A DNA stretch of 63,752 nt, the filler included, from Octopus bimaculoides (lineage: Eukaryota), in assembly GCF_001194135.2 (NCBI RefSeq). It is 12 parts of 10 records of this genome, joined end to end, with 100 filler letters (N's around TTAATTAATTAA, not from the genome) between each part and the next. Parts side by side here need not be neighbours in the genome. Positions count along the whole stretch, not along the records: positions 58,120 to 61,828 come from NC_068986.1; positions 61,929 to 63,752 come from NC_068991.1; 10 more parts are not named here. One strand, 5' to 3'. The notes under the pieces were generated by a model. The model did not search any database. It worked only from the letters and a program-made list of their open reading frames with translations, and had not been told where the DNA came from. Below, piece after piece: positions 60,787 through 63,752 of this stretch. Each line of letters opens with the position of its first letter. Position 1 is the stretch's first letter. The position numbers and the translations under genes were made by a program.

Positions 60787-61217
60787 NNNNNNNNNNNNNN
60801 NNNNNNNNNNNNNNNNNNNNNNNNNNNNNNNNNNNNNNNNNNNNNNNNNNNNNNNNNNNNNNNNNNNNNNNNNNNNNNNNNNNNNNNNNNNNNNNNNNNN
60901 NNNNNNNNNNNNNNNNNNNNNNNNNNNNNNNNNNNNNNNNNNNNNNNNNNNNNNNNNNNNNNNNNNNNNNNNNNNNNNNNNNNNNNNNNNNNNNNNNNNN
61001 NNNNNNNNNNNNNNNNNNNNNNNNNNNNNNNNNNNNNNNNNNNNNNNNNNNNNNNNNNNNNNNNNNNNNNNNNNNNNNNNNNNNNNNNNNNNNNNNNNNN
61101 NNNNNNNNNNNNNNNNNNNNNNNNNNNNNNNNNNNNNNNNNNNNNNNNNNNNNNNNNNNNNNNNNNNNNNNNNNNNNNNNNNNNNNNNNNNNNNNNNNNN
61201 NNNNNNNNNNNNNNNNN

Positions 61218-61249
<32 letters not shown>

Positions 61250-61261
61250 TTCGTTTCTTGA

Positions 61262-61570
61262 TAGCACGTGGCTTAGTGGTATTTGACTCACGATAGGAAG
61301 TTCGTGAGCGCAATACCTGGTGGTGCATTATGTCCTTGAGCAAGGCAGTTAATTTCTTGTTACTCCAATCCACTCAATTGGCAGAAATTAGTAGCAGCTG
61401 TATTTCAAAGTGCCACCCTTGTTACGTTTCGTGTCACGCTGAATCTCCCTTAGAACTACGTAAGGAGTACAAGTGCCTGTGTAGTCTTCAACCACTTTAA
61501 TTTCACGAGCAGGCTGTTCCGTCGAACGGATCAACTGAAACACTCGTCGTTGTAATCGACGGAGTGCTAG
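61262..61570 (+). mobile_element. SINE with B2-type head and family B tail
   Basis: gtggcttagtgg, gtccttgagcaaggca, gtgtcacgctgaatctccc...gacggagtgc. Confidence 0.75.
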
Positions 61571-61575
61571 CTGAC

Positions 61576-61610
<35 letters not shown>

Positions 61611-62384
61611 ATTTGCGATTCTCCATCGACGTGGTATGTTGGTTATTTTTTGTCTTTTCATTTTCCTGATTTCGTCAACGTGTTAACTTTCAGTGCTTGC
61701 GGCTAACTGAGTCTATTTTGACTCCTATTTCTAGCAAAATTGATGCTATCTAGTACCCTTGCATTTATATACATATATATTGCGTGCATGAGTACCTCAT
61801 ATTCCCCTCCGTTTTCTTATTGCTATATNNNNNNNNNNNNNNNNNNNNNNNNNNNNNNNNNNNNNNNNNNNNTTAATTAATTAANNNNNNNNNNNNNNNN
61901 NNNNNNNNNNNNNNNNNNNNNNNNNNNNTATATACTGTATATATGTACATACATTTACATACACATGGTATCTACATATACATACATACATACATATATA
62001 TATACATATATATACATACATACAAAAACACACATGCACAAACACATACACACACACATACGTACACACACACTCACATATATATATATATATATATATA
62101 TCCACAGACGTCTCAAAAGGGCATAGCTACCATCATTTTTGAAAGACTTTTTTTTCTAGGAAAAAAACAAAACAATGTCATTTGATGCATTTCAATGCCA
62201 CAAAAGGTAATGAATGGTAGGATATCTGTATACATGTATGTATGAATGTTAGTACAGTCAACAGAAGAGATCCAGAGATTCTCGGTATAGGAAACACTAA
62301 AAAGCGCTCAAATAATTCGAACTTAGACTCCGATGTATTTACGGGGGAAAATGATTTCTGCATCATGATCTGAAATACTCTTTT

Positions 62385-62790
62385 AATCTTTTACTTGTTT
62401 CAGTCATTTGAATGCGGCCATGCTGAAGCACCGCCTTTAGTCGAGCAAATCGACCCCAGAACTTATTCTTTGTAAGTCTAGTAATTATTCTATTGGTCTC
62501 TTTTGGAGAATCGCTAAGTTACGGGGATGTAAACACACCAGCATCGGTTGTCAAGCGATGTTGGGAGGGGGACAAACACATACACACAAACATACACACA
62601 CATACATATACACATATACATATATACGACGAGCTTCTTTCAATTTCCGTCTACCAAATCCACTCACAAGGCTTTGGTCGGCCCCAGGCTATAGTAGAAG
62701 ACACTTGCCCAAGGTGCGATGTAGTGGGACTGAACCCAGAACCATGTGGTTGGTAAGTAAGCTACTTATCAAGCAGTCACTCCTGCGCCT
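62385..62790 (-). mobile_element. Family A SINE, full length
   Basis: Reverse complement of 55690-56088. Confidence 0.9.
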
Positions 62791-62996
62791 ATAAATAAGT
62801 AGATTTTTTTTTTTACTGCCCTGAAGACGTGGCCTGATTTATCCAATGTTTATTTGCTTCCATTATTTTGGTGGAATTCGTCTACTAACATTGTGATGGA
62901 TCTTCGATCACCCATAAACACAGTTGTCGGATTTGTAACACATTACCCCCTTCCCTTTAATTTTCTCTGCCGTTTGTACTCTGCCAGTTAGATATA

Positions 62997-63027
<31 letters not shown>

Positions 63028-63029
63028 TA

Positions 63030-63391
63030 TGCTATTCTTTTATTCTTTTACTTGTTTCAGTCATTTGACCCCAGGACCTATTCTTTGTAAGCCTAGTACT
63101 TATTCTATCGGTCTCTTTTGCCGAACCGCTATTTTACCGGGACGTAAGCACACCAAAATAGGTTGTCAAGCGTTGCTGGGGGTACAAACGCAGACACACA
63201 AACAAATACATATACATACATACGACGGGTTTCTTTCAGTTTCCGTCTACCAAATTCACTTTCAAGGCCTTGATCGAACCGAGGCTACAGCAGAAGACAC
63301 TTGCCCAAAGTGTCACGCAGTAGGTCTGAACCGGGAATCATTCGGTTGGGAAGCAAGCTTCCCACCACACAGCCACGTCTATGCCTGCGCC
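63030..63391 (-). mobile_element. Family A SINE, near full length
   Basis: Reverse complement of 6456-6845 with a small deletion. Confidence 0.85.
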
Positions 63392-63752
63392 TATATGTTT
63401 ATACTTCGATATTCATCATTTGAAAAGCTTTGGTCTCTTTCTGTTTGCATGTATACATATATATATGCTTTGGGTAAAATAAAAGAAAGAAGAATCAATT
63501 AATTACGATTTTATCCAGCATAGGTGCAGTCAAGTAGTTGTGTGGTAAGAAGCTTACTTCCGGTATCGGAGCGTTAATATTCTTCGTGCAGCAGACTAAG
63601 GTGGATGTCAGCCAGTTGCACTCCATCCAAAAAGAAAAAAAAGAACAACAAAAACAGAGAACGGTCGGCGAGGTAGGTGATTTTTTTTTTTCCTGAGCTG
63701 GGAGTAATTTATTATAGTATATTCTTTGTTAATAAATTGCTCACTGTTCTGG

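Noticed and set aside
778-63502. Most ORFs in the supplied track (YIYI, CVCV, THTH, poly-X, poly-N/K/L)
   Set aside because: They are translations of microsatellites, N gaps or SINE bodies, with no coding signal.

Overview
AT-rich, repeat-saturated eukaryotic DNA with many N gaps and microsatellites. The SINE/LINE families and microsatellite load suggest a coleoid cephalopod, probably Octopus (inference, no database search). Almost all ORFs in the supplied track are microsatellite or gap artefacts. Host-gene content is small: a disabled divergent actin-like gene (15917-16790) and one clean 61-bp exon carrying a probable start codon (50949-51009). The rest is mobile-element debris: a maT/DD37D element, mariner fragments, two fold-back (5'-5') mariner derivatives, Tx1/L1, RTE, CR1-like, R4/Dong-like and Penelope-like (PLE) retroelement pieces, a possible Merlin remnant and several modular tRNA-derived SINE families. 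The least expected signals are: (i) five minimal type-I hammerhead ribozyme motifs with unrelated flanks, three well formed; (ii) a 2.5-kb element with 145-bp terminal inverted repeats enclosing a hierarchical tandem repeat; (iii) R4/Dong-like pieces inserted in (TACA)n and (TAA)n arrays; (iv) an actin-like gene whose D-loop reads as a basic KKKRK stretch; (v) a snap-back inversion at the 5' end of a PLE copy. Boundaries of decayed repeats are approximate (about +/-10-30 bp).
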